Positions 37,112-50,398 of a stretch of 64,000 nucleotides of DNA are shown here, in pieces. Source of the stretch: Ginglymostoma cirratum (lineage: Eukaryota); contig JAHRHZ010000023.1 in NCBI GenBank assembly GCA_024137785.1, forward strand, positions 3,630,507-3,694,506. The letters run 5' to 3'. Made by a program: the position numbers and the translations under genes. The first letter of the stretch is position 1. Every line of letters starts with the position of its first letter. Under the pieces are notes generated by a model. The model was not told the DNA's origin. It did no database searches and saw nothing but the letters and a program-made list of their open reading frames with translations.

Positions 37112-38927
37112 AATGTACATAAACTACACCTGTTTTAATCCTACAAATCCGCTTGTTCACGTTTCAGGGCAATGTCTTGAGCAGAGTCAATTTGTCTGGT
37201 TAAAAATTTAAAGTAAACTCTGGCAGTTGACTGTCAATCATCTTTAAGTGCTGCATTATCCATGCCAATGCCTCTATCATTTAGTCAGCACATGACTCAA
37301 AATAGAAATGTTGGTTTCTCCCTTAAGTTGGTTCTTTTTTTAAAAACACACATCAGGATCATACACAGGATGAAAAGCTTTGCTGAAGTGCATTTTTTTT
37401 CAGCAACACAAATTATCTAATGTAAGTTGAACACCATGTCTACACGTTAATACCCTGCTCCATTGTGTCCATGCAGAAAAGTTATAAAGGTGCTAGCATT
37501 TGCAAACCAAGCCTTTGGCTTTCCTTTGATATACTTTTCTTATGGTTTGATGTGACCAATGTCCTTGGGGCAGCCAAAAGGATTATGCTACATATGCTTG
37601 GAAGCAGGAAAGGCAAAGACTCTCAGTTTGAGTTCCAAAAACTTGACAAAGTTAGAAAGCTGGACCTTGAACAGTCAAGGCACTGAAGGAATCCAGAGAT
37701 CAGGCACTAGTGAGAACCTGACTTAATATTGCTGCTGTCATTGTGTGGCTGAAGAAAACTTGTAGGAAAGGTAAAGAAGGATTCCAAATTTTGGAGGCAG
37801 GAAGGACTGGGACAAGATGTATAGTTACACCTCAACAGCTGGGATCAGTGTCCTTAAATTAATTTAAAACCTCTTCTTAACAACAGGAGGAGCACGAGAT
37901 AATTAGAAGATACGGAGAGTGGAGAAACAAACTGCACTGCAATCCTAAAGGACTCAGAAATCGGTGAAAATACAAGCTGTGCATGTTCTCCAATACACAA
38001 AGTATTGTCACATGGGGTTATAATGGAATGTCAATAACCAAGCTGTGAATCAGACACAGGAGAGTTGAGAATTTAACATCACGCACTACACGCTGCCTTT
38101 AGGAAAGATAAGGGCAGAGCAGTATTGAACAGAAATATGGTTATATCACTAGAGAAAAATTATTACTTCAGGGATGAAGACAGAAGCAGTGTGGTTGAAA
38201 TTAGGAGATCAAATACACCTAAGTGAATACAAAAGAGCAAATATTGGTAAAGACAGAAGTACCTACATAAAATGGGGGCCCAGGGGTGGTGGTGGTGGGC
38301 GAGAGAACAAAAGGGAGAGAGAACGTTCTTAAAATCAGCATATTTTCAATTGGTTAGTGAAGTGGGAGCATGGCACCTTTTTTCAGTGGGGAGTGCACTT
38401 AGGGAAACTAAAAGGGGTCACATCATCAGATCTGGAGTGCGTACGAAAAAGATTGCAAGGAACAAATGGAAAGACGACTGACTTTGGAAGAGGGGCTGTG
38501 CTCAGGAAATTGGCAAGACGACAGGTAGTAGTTCAGGTACAACCTTAACACATTCTTGCAATGGAAGGGCAAAGCCACAGTTCCAGGTGACTAAATAGCA
38601 TCAGATTATAATTATATTAAAAACAGCTTTCGATAATGTCAGATTAATAACTTTGTACAGAACTAAACTGTATTATTTTCTTCCGTGCATCAGTATTCAG
38701 GATGAAGAATACATTTAGCCGAGGTACCAATTGAGAATTAAGCATTTGTTTTCACAATGTTGGATGCTGTTGTTTTATAAAAGGAGAAGGTTGTAAATAG
38801 GTTTGATAAGCTAAAACAACAATGGGACTTAAGAGGTCAGTAGATTCAAAGTGGAAAAGCAGTCACCCATTCCAGTGGGGACATATCTAATTTACGCCCC
38901 TAGAGTAGCGAGTGGGTTTAGCAGAAA

Positions 38928-39902
38928 GAGATAAAAAGGTACTGCAGATGCTGGAGAATCTGAGATAACAAGGCATGGGGCTGGATGAACACAGCAGGTC
39001 AAGCAGCATCATAAGAGCAGGAAAACTTGACGTTTCGGGCCTAGACCCTTCATCAGAACTGGGGGAGGGGAAGAGGGTTCTGAAATAAATAGGGAGAGAG
39101 GGGGAGGCGGATAGAGGATGGATAGAGGAGAGGATAGGTGGAGAGGAGGCAGACAAGTCGAAGAGGCGGGGACGGAGCCAGTAAAGGTGAGTGTAGGTGG
39201 GGGGGTAGGGAGGAGATAGGTCAGTCCAGGGAGGACAGACAGGTCAAGGGGGCAGGATAATGTTAGTAGATAGGAGATGGGGGTGTGGCTTGAGGTGGGA
39301 GGAAGAACAGGTTAGGGAGGCGGAGATGAGCTGGGCTGGTTTTGGGATGCGGTTGGGGGAGGGGAGATTTTGAAGCTTGTGAAATCCACATTGATGCCAT
39401 TGGGCTGCAGGGTTCCCAGGCTGAATATGATTTGCTGTCCCTGCAGCCTTCAGGTGGCATCGCAGGAGGCCCAGGATGGACATGTCGTCTGAGGAATTTG
39501 GGGGGGGGGGTGTGGAAAGAGTTGAAATGGTTCACGACTGGGAGGTGCAGTTGTTTGTTGCGAACTGAGCACAGGTGTTCTGCAAAGCAGTCATCTCCTA
39601 TCTACTAGGATCATCCCGCCCCCTTGACCTGTCCGTCCTCCCTGGACTGACCTATCTCCTCCCTACCCCCCCACCTACACTCACCTTTACTGGCTCCATC
39701 CCCGCCTCTTCGACCTGTCTGTCTCCTCTCCACCTAGCCTCTCCTCTATCCGCCTCCCCCTCTCTCCCTATTTATTTCAGAACCCTCTTCCCCTCCCCCA
39801 TTTCTGATGAAGAGGAGTCTAGGCCCGAAACGTCAAGTTTTCCTGCTCCTATGATGCTGCTGGGCCTGCTGTGTTCATCCAGCCCCACGCCTTGTTATCT
39901 CA
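38928..39902 (-). mobile_element. 5'-truncated Penelope-like retroelement (family B) with ~300-bp inverted pseudo-LTR and GIY-YIG C-terminal remnant
   Basis: Minus-strand peptides DCFAEHLCSVRNKQLHLPVVNHFNS, DDMSILGLL and QQIIFSLGTLQPNGINVDFTSF; TSD GGTTTAGCAGAAA (38915-38927 / 39903-39915). Confidence 0.8.
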
Positions 39903-41149
39903 GGTTTAGCAGAAACTTTGGTTACTATCTTCCAATTCTCAGGACTGGAGGATTGAAAAGAATGAAAGAGATGAATCCGTCAACTGCTCAGTGTTGGGAA
40001 AACTGGAAATTAATATCAGACTAAAGTGATTATCACCTGATACCTAACATGAGCAAATTAATGACAAAACATTTATTAAAAAGGGAAATTTTGTTTGACA
40101 GTTCTTTATGATGGAATAATGGAGAGAGGGCATTTGATGCACATGTGGACTTATAAAAAGGTACTTAATAAAACATATCACATTAAACTAGTTAGTATAA
40201 TTGAATTCCCATTTGACTAGGAAGGGCAACGGTAATGAAATTCACAGAATCATTAAAAGGTAAAGTTGCCACTGTCCCAGAGGAGGAAAAACAGCTCGGT
40301 ACTGGAATTAAAACTGATCAGCGCTGCTGGAAACACGTAAAGATTGATTAGAAGAGCTGATCTAAAACACAGGGCACATTGTCTTGTCAGATGAAGAGCC
40401 ATTTTCAAAATAGGAATATTTACTGTCATCCAAGCACTTTAGTGGAGGAGACAGCAATTAATTTGCACACAAAGACCTTAATTTCAATCACACTAGTGAC
40501 AACAGAAAACAAGTCAAAGATTTAATTCTGCTCCGAGCAATATCACGATCCTAAAACAATGGATGTTTTACAGTTTGGAAGTAGCCCAAGAGAAAACGAA
40601 CAAAGAAGATACATATTAAATCACCTGGGTTTATGGTCCCATTGCCTCAATTCCAAAGTAAAGAGACAAATGTTACTGGTATCTGCACGTTAAAACATGG
40701 TATCTGTGATGTTCTGGAGATGAAAACTCCCAAAGATGTCAAGTGGGACAGGAAAATGGTTTTGAGATGGCAGCAGTGCATGGTACTGCCACTGGGGTGG
40801 GGGCTGTGTAATTTCCATAGTTAGTTAGCATGCTGGGAACTAGAGGATGAAAATGGAATTTTAAGCTCTGACACAGAGGCAGGGATTTCCTTGAAGACTT
40901 CCATGTGTAGCATAATTGTTGAAGAGAAGTTTAAACTTCTCAGGCAGTTGGTGTGTGGGTCTGTGAAGTGAAGAGATCCCACAGCACATCTTTTCGGATA
41001 CATTATTGCAATCAAGCAAACTGTGCCGATAAGGAAGGACACTTAGTCTTGCTCTAGGACCTCTTTGCATTCTTGTGGCTTATTAATCCTAATTGTATAG
41101 GCCATTAGGGTATAGTTATGTCACCATTTAAGAAACAGCTAGTGACAAG

Positions 41150-41260
41150 ACTCTTGTGGTGCAGTGGTAGTGTCCCACCTCTGGACCAGAGGACCTAGGT
41201 TCAAGTATCATCTGATCAGGTGACGTGCAATAACATCTCCAAACAGGTTGATCAGGAAAT
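41150..41260 (+). mobile_element. Short (~110 bp) tRNA-headed SINE (other copies ~621-735(-), 7160-7240, 43478-43580, 44515-44625, 44648-44750, 48795-48885)
   Basis: GTGGTGCAGTGGTAG A-box, GGTTCAAGT B-box, shared tail ATAACATCTC..AACAGGTTGAT. Confidence 0.65.
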
Positions 41261-43089
41261 GCCTAGCAATCAGTGACGACTGAAGCAGTGAACTAAGCTG
41301 ATTGAGAAACGAGCAATAAGTTTTTGTCAAGTGGCAGAATATTTGCAGAAAAACAATATTAGCAAGTTGTCACAGGACACTGGCGTACAAAAATTGTGAC
41401 AAGATAATAATTTATTACATTTTAAAAATACTGTACATGACCTCTATAAGTTTACAACACAGCCAAAAAATACTGTGTACCCAACTTCCATAAATTTACA
41501 AGAAACCCACAGTAAAGCAATGACTCAAAGCTGGATATAAAAACTTTGCATCAGTGGCAAGTGACAAGTCCAGCCTATCACAAAATGCATAGTGAAATCT
41601 TTGAGCTGTTGTATGGTTACTATTATGCTTCAAGATAAATATCAATTATTATCTGAATTTCAGGTATGAGTGTATGATAGCAGGATAAAGCAAATCCTTC
41701 GGAGCCAACATAAAATATCAAAAAATTAAACAAGGATATCTCAATTTATCAAGCTATTATGTTTGATTATCAAAACCACAACTGTTTAACGTGACATTCT
41801 CATCTTAATGTGTCCATCAATACTTAGTATCTAGATTAGGCAGTGAAATAAACCTAGATTAAATAAACACAGCAATTTTTCAAGAGTCTACATTCAGATA
41901 AAGCAAGATCCCCCAATCAGAACTCATCAGTTCCAGTGATTATCCACTTCCTTTGAGAACACAATTGTCCCCTTTGAAACCGCAGTGCCAAAGTGGGGGT
42001 GGGGGGGGATAAAGAGAAGAAAAACAAAATCAGTGGATTTTGCTTCAAGGTGGCACTGCGCTTACCATGCTGAAGTGTTTTCTGCCAAATGAAAGGCCAA
42101 CAACATTTGTGAACATGATACAAGGGGAAACAGAAGCTGCATTCTTCAGGAAAATAAAGCACTGCAAATAATATAAACAGCCCAAATGGTATCTGTCGGA
42201 AACCAACGGGTAAGACCATTAGTTTCGGCCAAACTCAATTAATAAAAGTTGCCGCATACAAGTGGCTGGAAAATCTTCAATTGAAACAAAAAATTGCATG
42301 CAGTAGAGTGACAACAGGAAAAAAAAACAGAAAATGTGGATGTACACAAATATTTCTTTTCTCTAGTTTAAAAAAAAAGTACCCCAAAGAACAACTCCAA
42401 TGAAATTGTATAACACTCTGGACAAAAATCGATTGTCAGAGCCTGACATTAAATAACCCATAAACAACTTGACACAAACTTCAGTTAGCGCTTAGAAAGT
42501 AAGAAATGCCTCCTGAATTTCACATGGATCAAACACACTATAGATACAAAAGCAAAGCATCAACCGATTCGTAAATACCAAGTTTACTGAATTGGGTCAG
42601 CCAATTTTCACAAGCAGCCAGGAGAGAAAAAGGTTCCTTGTTTCAGCTAGATTGAGGCAAGCTTTCCTTATCATTTGCCATATCATAAAAAGGAGAAATA
42701 AGTGATAAACAAGTCATAGACATTTCAGCAAAGCAGCACCGCAGGAAAATGCTGAATTCAGGTGATAAGATCGTGATGTGAAACTAGCAGACACTTGATC
42801 ATTTTTTTTAGACCTACAAGAATAGGATAAAAACAGCACTTTCCTCTGGTCAGTTCCCAAGTGAATACAAAATTAGTAAATGACTTGCAAACATACCTCA
42901 GTGCTTCAGATTTCAGGAATAATTCAAACAGTAGTGAGAGTCTGATTTTATTCGGTGCAGAATAGCTAGTTTCTCTCAAAGGACTCATTTCTGTACAATT
43001 CAATGTAAAAACTTATTGAGGCCAGGAATGAGAGTGAGGGAGCTTAGAAACCCACAGAATGCTGCACTTAAAAATGCTGCAATCCTTAC

Positions 43090-43172
43090 CCCAACTTTCC
43101 TAAGCAAGTCTCCCACTATGTTAAGTGCAGATATCCTGGCTGATGGAGTCAGAGGGCTGCCAGTGTAACCAT
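43090..43172 (-). CDS. NDE1: NDE1 coding exon 6 ([28 protein letters not shown])
   Basis: TTTCTAG acceptor, GTAAGG donor; 83 nt; [21 protein letters not shown] motif. Confidence 0.95.
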
Positions 43173-45136
43173 CTAGAAACGAAAAAATTCAATATAAATA
43201 ATTCCACTTAAGACTAGTTAACATTTGTGTCCAAGTAAAAGAAAACTGAGATTTTAAAAAAAAAACCATTGTGGAACAACACAACACCCTTGGAAACAAG
43301 CCAATATTGTTCACTTTGATGAAGTAGGCCATTTGACCAACAAAGCTTATCCTTACATCAAACCCCACATATCCCCATTAAAGCAGAGAACTGCTGCACA
43401 GAGAAACCACACCAAGGACTACTTCAGTCAGAATCAGGTCAGGTGACAGTGGGTAAAGATGTTTACATATCCTCTTCTTGTGATGTAGTGGTAGCGTCTC
43501 TACCTTTGTGCCAGGAGATCCGGGCTCAAGTCCCACCTGCTCAAAAGGGTATGCAATAATATCTCCAAATAGCTTGATTTTCACTACAGCCAACAGACTG
43601 AACAGCAGAATGGCTGCAATCAGAAACTAGGCAATAACTAAACACCACGAGCAATACAAAACAGATTCTTATATTACTTTTGGCAAATTGTGTTCCTCCC
43701 AGAATTGCTTTTTTTTTGCTTTACAGGCCAGGTACAATTTTTTTTCCAAAAATCCTAAGTTGATCATTTTAGAAGTAGGTAAAGTTGCTCTGCCTATGAA
43801 ACGGAGTTTAACAGCTCACTCTGTCCTGCACCTTATTGTTACCGATTGCCCTGCAATTGTAAGTTTTTTAACCTTGGTCCCTAAAGATCCCACTGTATAT
43901 TGTGGTTTTTCAGAATTCATCTGTACAACATGTTTAACAGAATCAAAAAGCAATCTTAGCCCCTGCTCACAATTGCTAATTCTGTTGCCTCAATTCAAAT
44001 TATGGCTCACTACTAGGTTGATCAGGGTCACTCAGTGCTACAATAATTATATGTACAAATTGGTCTTTTCAATGGGAAACTACTCTTCAAGTTTGCCCTT
44101 CTGTTGGTCAAATCAAGGCCAGTTCTGTTGTCAATGTGAGGGGTTTGCACACTGAGAAATGAAATGCTTCCTAATGTAGGTACCTAGATGCAGCATTTAG
44201 CACAGGCAGTTTCAGTGTAAAGATAATTCTACTTAGCCCATTATGCATTATCAAGCTGCCAAGCATTTCCCCATCTCCCTCATATGGCTCCTGCCACAGC
44301 ACCCACCCACAGCCCAATTACACTCAGCTTGTGCTTCTCTGAGCAATTGCAAATTGGTACCAGATTTGTGACACTTTATAATACAGGCCCAGGGTAATGG
44401 CTCTTTGTTCTCGAGGTATGATTCACGCTTAGGGTCTTGTTCTGTCTAGACATGCAAGAGGTCCTGGGCCCAAATCCTGGACATGCCCAGATGTCTTTAA
44501 AAACAAAAGGGCTGTTTTGTGGTGCAGCTGTTGTGTCTCTACCCCTGGGCTGAAGGGCCTGGGTTCAAATCCCACCTGCTCCACAGTCATGTTATAATAT
44601 CTCTAAACAGGTTGATTAGAAAAATTAGTATAATAGAGGGTCAAGCACTCTGGTGGCACAGTGGTAATCTCTCTCTGAGCCAGAAGGCCTCAGCTCAAGT
44701 CCTATCTGGTCCGGGGTTGTGTAATAATATGACCATCAGATTCAATTAAAAAAATTGTTTTAATTCGGACATTAGCTGGCAGAAGGTGGAATGCCCTTCA
44801 GAGGATCAGTGCAGACTTGATGGGCCTAAATGGCCTGCAGGAATTCTATGAAACCAGGTGGGATTGGAATTTCATTGCCGAATTCAGGTTTGAGAAGCCA
44901 GTGTCTGCCCACTGTGCCAAGTAGTTCACCAGATGAGTTTTATAACCCCCACCCCAACAATAAATCCTCAAAATCAGATTTGCTTCCCTCAAATTAATTT
45001 ACTCCCATTTCTAGAGTCAGTCATGTTTCTGTAGACTGATTTTGTATGAGGTTTGACACAAGGCAGCCAATATCAGAAAACTCCAGATCACTTCAAAATA
45101 TAATTTTAAACACTGTTTAATAACATGGATGACTAC

Positions 45137-45310
45137 CTTTTGTGAACATGGCAGGTGTGGGGAACCCACTGCTGGGTCCTTTACAGATCAGTGGGGTCAA
45201 AGGCATCGTCGCAGATGTTTGGGCTGTTGCATTTTCAAAATCTGAAGAAGTGCTTGTGGGTTTCCTGATTGAATCTGGCTTCTGCTGTACGGCCAATTCT
45301 TGTCTCAGAT
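45137..45310 (-). CDS. NDE1: NDE1 coding exon 5 (DLRQELAVQQKPDSIRKPTSTSSDFENATAQTSATMPLTPLICKGPSSGFPTPAMFTK)
   Basis: TTCCAG acceptor after a 108-nt intron, GTAGTC donor; 174 nt; DLRQELAVQQK then S/T/P-rich linker. Confidence 0.92.
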
Positions 45311-45404
45311 CTGGAAGCAAACATTAAAAATTTTTTTGGCACTAATGACAAAAAAAGCAAACCTTTGCAAACATTTAACTGTACATCCACAGCAGTTTTT
45401 CTCA

Positions 45405-45584
<180 letters not shown>

Positions 45585-45876
45585 TCAAAAAGGGAGTCAG
45601 ATACACATCACTGCAAGCACAAAGATTTTTACCACACTTTACCACAACATTCTAAAGAAGAAATGTTGTTTTGTTATTGATCTCCAATCTCAAGCAGTCT
45701 CACAAGATGCTCTGGAATTATTTTTTCAAAAATGCTTTGAAAATGTCAACTGTCATGTTAATATTTGCAAAAGGTTTAGATTCTTAATTTTATAATTCAG
45801 AAGTTACAAAATTGTACGCACGTGGGGCTGTGGCTCATCCTGTCTGACCCAGTGCCACTGCTCACCACTAAATGTA

Positions 45877-46310
45877 AACCATAAAACCATAAGACACAGG
45901 AGCAGAAATTAGGCCATTCGGCCCATCGGGTCTGCTCCATCATTCAATCACGGCTGATAAGTTTCTCAACCCCACTCTCCCTGTAACCTTTGATCCCCTT
46001 GAAAATCAAAAATGCCTCTGTCTTAAATATACAGAATGAATTGGCCTCTACAGCCCTCTATGTCAAGAATTCTGAAGATTCACCACTCTCTGGCTGAAGA
46101 AGTTTCTCTCTATCTCTGTTCTAAAGGGTCTTCCCTTTACTCCAAGGCTGTGCCCTTGGGTCCTAGTCTCTCCTACCAATGGAAACATTTTCCCAACATC
46201 CACTCTGTCCAGGTTGTTCAGTATTCTGTAAGTTTCAATGAGATCCACCCCGCACCATTCCTTCTAAACTGCACAGAGGAGAGACCCAGAGTCCTCAAAT
46301 GTTCCTCATT
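45877..46310 (-). mobile_element. CR1-type LINE 3' end
   Basis: DLIETYRILNNLDRVD...RNFFSQRVVN peptide; repeated AAACCAT tail. Confidence 0.8.
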
Positions 46311-46628
46311 TAAACTAATTTAAACTTCAAGTGTATACTGGAAATTTGAAAACAATCCTCACTTTCACAAAAGTAACAGTCAATATTTCATGACTGAAAT
46401 ATAGCCAGTTTGCAACAGCCCACAATTGCTCGGTGCATAAAAACTTGATTAGATAGGGATCTTAACCAGCCAACATCAGAACCAGAAATCAACCGAATTA
46501 CACATTCCACAATTCAAAAGGTTTTTGGCTCTTCATTCATAACTTTCAAAAGCAAGTGAGTTAGCTGCCAGGTCTTTATTTTACAGTAACAATTAATGCT
46601 GGTGCTTATGTTGTAGGATGACAATTCA

Positions 46629-46941
46629 GGGTGGCACGGTAGCTCAGTGGTTAGCACCAGGGACCCGGGTTTGATTCCAGCCTTGGGCGACTGTGTGTGT
46701 GGAATTTGCACATTCTCCCAGTCTGTGCAGGTTTCTGCCAGATGCTCCAGTTTCCTCCCACAGTCCAAAGACGTGCAGGTTAGGTGGATTGGCCATAAAT
46801 TGTCCAGGGGTATGTAAATTAGGTGGATTAGATATGGGAAATGCAGAGGCAGTGGGGGATGGCTCTGGGTGAGATGTTCTTCGGAGGGGCAGTGTGGACT
46901 CGTTGTGCCAAGTGGCCTGTTTCCACTCTGTAGGGATTCTA
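46629..46941 (+). mobile_element. HE1/V-SINE-like SINE
   Basis: Same head, V-domain and tail as 26329-26686. Confidence 0.8.
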
Positions 46942-48278
46942 TGTGGGGCTAACAGGGGCATGGATTATTAAACAATATATACAAAATAGTTTTATCCTTG
47001 ATTAGCAGAACGTGATGACTGAAGCACAACTCCAGCCATAGCCATCAATTTGCGCATCCTTCCAACATACACCAATAGCAGGCGGTGAGAGTGGGAAGAA
47101 AGTTGGAACCTCTACTAGCACCATCCATAGTTCCTGGGTACAACATGCATGTCACTGCAACTGTCTCGAAGTGAAACATTCCACCAACACTAGGTGTAGT
47201 TAACCCAGTTTGTTCATAAAATTTGTTATGTTGTGTGACTACATAAACTGATCGCCTTTGCTTTTAGGAGCAGAGGAGGAGGAGTAGGCCATTCAGCCCA
47301 CCATTCTAAACAATCACAGTACAAACTGCTTCACACAAGAAGTTCCAAATTTAAGTTTATCCATTACTCATAACGTAGCTCAGCCCAAATCTCCTTCAAA
47401 TGTTTACTCCAATAAAAGTTTTGATCACTCACTGTCTTCTCAATCATATTGCGGTCACAGCTCACAAAATATTTCATCAAGATCAGAACATTAATCAATT
47501 CTAATCCTAATTCTTTCCTCATTTGACAGATCAAAAATCAAGTACAGCCTGTTCCCTTGCCAGTTTTAAACAGACTATTCCAGGAAGCGATGCTGAATAA
47601 ATTAGAAAAATCATGCCTTCACCACTTGAGCTATGGTTCTGTGAAAATCACCCAATATAGCTCTGTTATGTTACAGATTTCCTTCATCCTCACCAACCCC
47701 CAGACAGTTATCACCACTAGCAAGAGACCGGAAGAACAATTCCAGCCACACAGTCTTGCATCGCTTCCTGTCCCTTAGTTCTACCCACAATGTTTCCACT
47801 GTCTAAGCATCCTTGTCCTTCCTACAGCTGTATATCATATTAATAGTTATCCATGCCTTTCACAGTCCTCTGTGAAGTGATATGGCTTGGAATGTTTAGC
47901 TCCCACTCCTGCCCAACTTGTGATGACCAAGTGTCTTCAGGTTGCACTGCAACTTTGAAGTAAAACTAGTGCCTTAATTCATTTATCATCTACCTGCATT
48001 TCTGTGTACCATGGAATGGGCATTGTACATTATATAAAATGATTATATTTATGTATAAATAAAACAAAAAATTTGATATGTTACATGCAACACAAGGATA
48101 GTATGGGGAAACTGGAACCAAGTTAGGAGATCAGTCATGATCTAATGAACTAGCAGAAGAGGTTTCAAGAGGCTGATTGGCCTGCTCTTATGCAACATGA
48201 CCTGCTTATCTCATACAGTTGCTTGCTGATGCTCACTGCGTTGTATTGTACCACCGAAATTTCAAAGTAATACATTAC

Positions 48279-48427
48279 CTTTTAGCTCGTTCCAAGTCAT
48301 CATTTGCTTGTTCTAATTCTCGGATGTATTTCTGCAGCTGGTCTTTAATTGCAGTGGTCTCAGCCAGCTCATCCTGCAGCATAGTAATCCGTTTATAATT
48401 CTCTGAATGGTGCTCCTCTAACTTCTC
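48279..48427 (-). CDS. NDE1: NDE1 coding exon 3 ([50 protein letters not shown])
   Basis: TTTTCAG acceptor, GTAATG donor; 149 nt; [25 protein letters not shown] coiled coil (LIS1-binding region). Confidence 0.96.
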
Positions 48428-49114
48428 CTGAAAATTCAATGCCAGAATCAGATCGAGTTAGGAACTGAAATGAAGACAAGTTTCACAGTACAGAGAGAGC
48501 TGATCTACTTTCAGCCCAAAACATACAATTTCCAACGACATCCCTTTGCCCCGAGACACAAAGGATGCTGCAGGAAAACATCAACTTCACCATCCAACCA
48601 AAAGGTAATCATTTGGATCAGATTTCAGACAACTGCTACCTTCCTTCGGGCCATACTCACTGCAACGATTTCTTTGAGAGAAAGACTGCAATTTAAAAAT
48701 TAAATTATGTAGCAACATAGAGCAACATTCTCAAATCCACTGAATTTGAGACAGAGTTGTACATTTTACAAACATACTAAATTGACAAGGGTGCTCTGAT
48801 GGCATAACGGTGGCACCTCCACTTGGGTTCAAGTCCCACCTGGTCCAGAAGTAGATTATAACATCTCCAAACAGGCTGATTAAAATTAAATTGACAAAAC
48901 AGACAAGAGCAGTTTGCTTGATCAAGCCTACCCCCACAGTGATGGCTGGAGCAGGAGGATAACTTTGCTTCAAACCTCACAATTTACGCGTCAGTTTATC
49001 GAGTACAGAGAATGAACTATAGAGAGAGTGTTTTCCTTCAATGATGAAGAGGTGAATTAATTTTATCGTTGTTTGCAAAATTCCTCCTTGGTATTTAATC
49101 CTATTATAATTGGT

Positions 49115-49575
49115 GGAAAGGGTGCAAAAAGATTTACAAGGATGTTACCGAGACTGGAGGGTTTGAGTTATAAAAAGGAGGGACTGGGACCTTTGCTTAA
49201 AAACTGGAGCACAGGGGATCAAGGTGTGAACTTACAGGTTTATAAAAATCATGACAGGCATAGATAAGGTGAATAGTAAAAGGTATTTTCCCTCGGGTAA
49301 GGGAGTTCAAAACTGGAGGGCATAGGTTTAAAGTGAGGAGAAAGATTTAAAAGGGACTGGAGGGCAAGCTTTTTCTACAAAAAAGTTGGTTTGTATACAG
49401 AATGCACTGCCAGAAGTGGTAGAGGCAGGTACAGTTAAAAGACATCTGGACAGGTACATGAATACGAAGGGTCTAGAGGGATATGAGCCAAAGGCAGTCA
49501 AGCCTAGTTCAGTTTAGGAATCCCTGTTAGCATGGACGAATTGGGCCAAAGTGTCTGTTCGATGCTGTATGACCT
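49115..49575 (+). mobile_element. CR1-type LINE 3' end
   Basis: KRFTRMLPRLEGLSY remnant and CR1 3'UTR. Confidence 0.75.
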
Positions 49576-50100
49576 TACAACATTTTAACATTCTTGTCTC
49601 AGACAGTATTTAGGAGAAGACCAATATGCACTGAATTGAGAGAGTTCAAACCATTGCTGTGAATTCAAAATCAATGCTCACTAATAATTCTGAAAGCCAA
49701 ATCCTTCAATCAGCCATTCCATCAACCCAAAGGCAACCAAAGACTCATTTATAATCGGTTAGTGTGCAGTTTACTTTCCCTAAAGCGTGTTCAGACAGAA
49801 ACAATCTTAGACAACTGCTGTGAACAACAAATGCAAGTAATTTGCACTGATCAGGTGAACAAGAAAGTGGCAAATAGAATCCAACCCAGAGAAGCATGAG
49901 AAGATGCATGTGGGGAGGTCCAACAAGTCAAATGCATACACAATAACTGGGAGGATACTGAAGAGATCGATGAAGTGAGGGCCTTGGATTGCTAAAACGT
50001 TGCTATTACATTCCTTCATTTACTGAGACATTGAATACAAGAGCAGGGAAGTTATACTTGAGCTCTATAACAGATCAGTTCGGCCACAACAGTGCAATTT

Positions 50101-50398
50101 CATAGAATCCCTACGGTGTAGAAATATGCCCTTCAGCCCAACAAGGCCACAGTGACCCTCAGAGCATCCCAGCCAGACCTATCCCCCTATAACCCACTTA
50201 ATCTATACATCCCTGAATACTATGGCCAAGTTAGCATCGTCAATCCACCGCACCTGCACGTCTTTGGACTGTGGGAGGAAACCCACACAGACACAGGGAG
50301 AACGGGCAAACTTCACACAGACAGTCACCCGAGGGTGGAATTAAACCTGGGTTCCTGGTGCCGAGGCAGCAGTGCTAACCACTGAACCACTGTGCTGC
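50101..50398 (-). mobile_element. HE1/V-SINE-like SINE nested in a CR1 fragment
   Basis: Reverse complement of the 26329 family. Confidence 0.75.

Noticed and set aside
43688-44155. 155-aa plus-strand ORF antisense to an NDE1 intron
   Set aside because: Non-ATG start, no recognisable domain, composition like random intronic sequence
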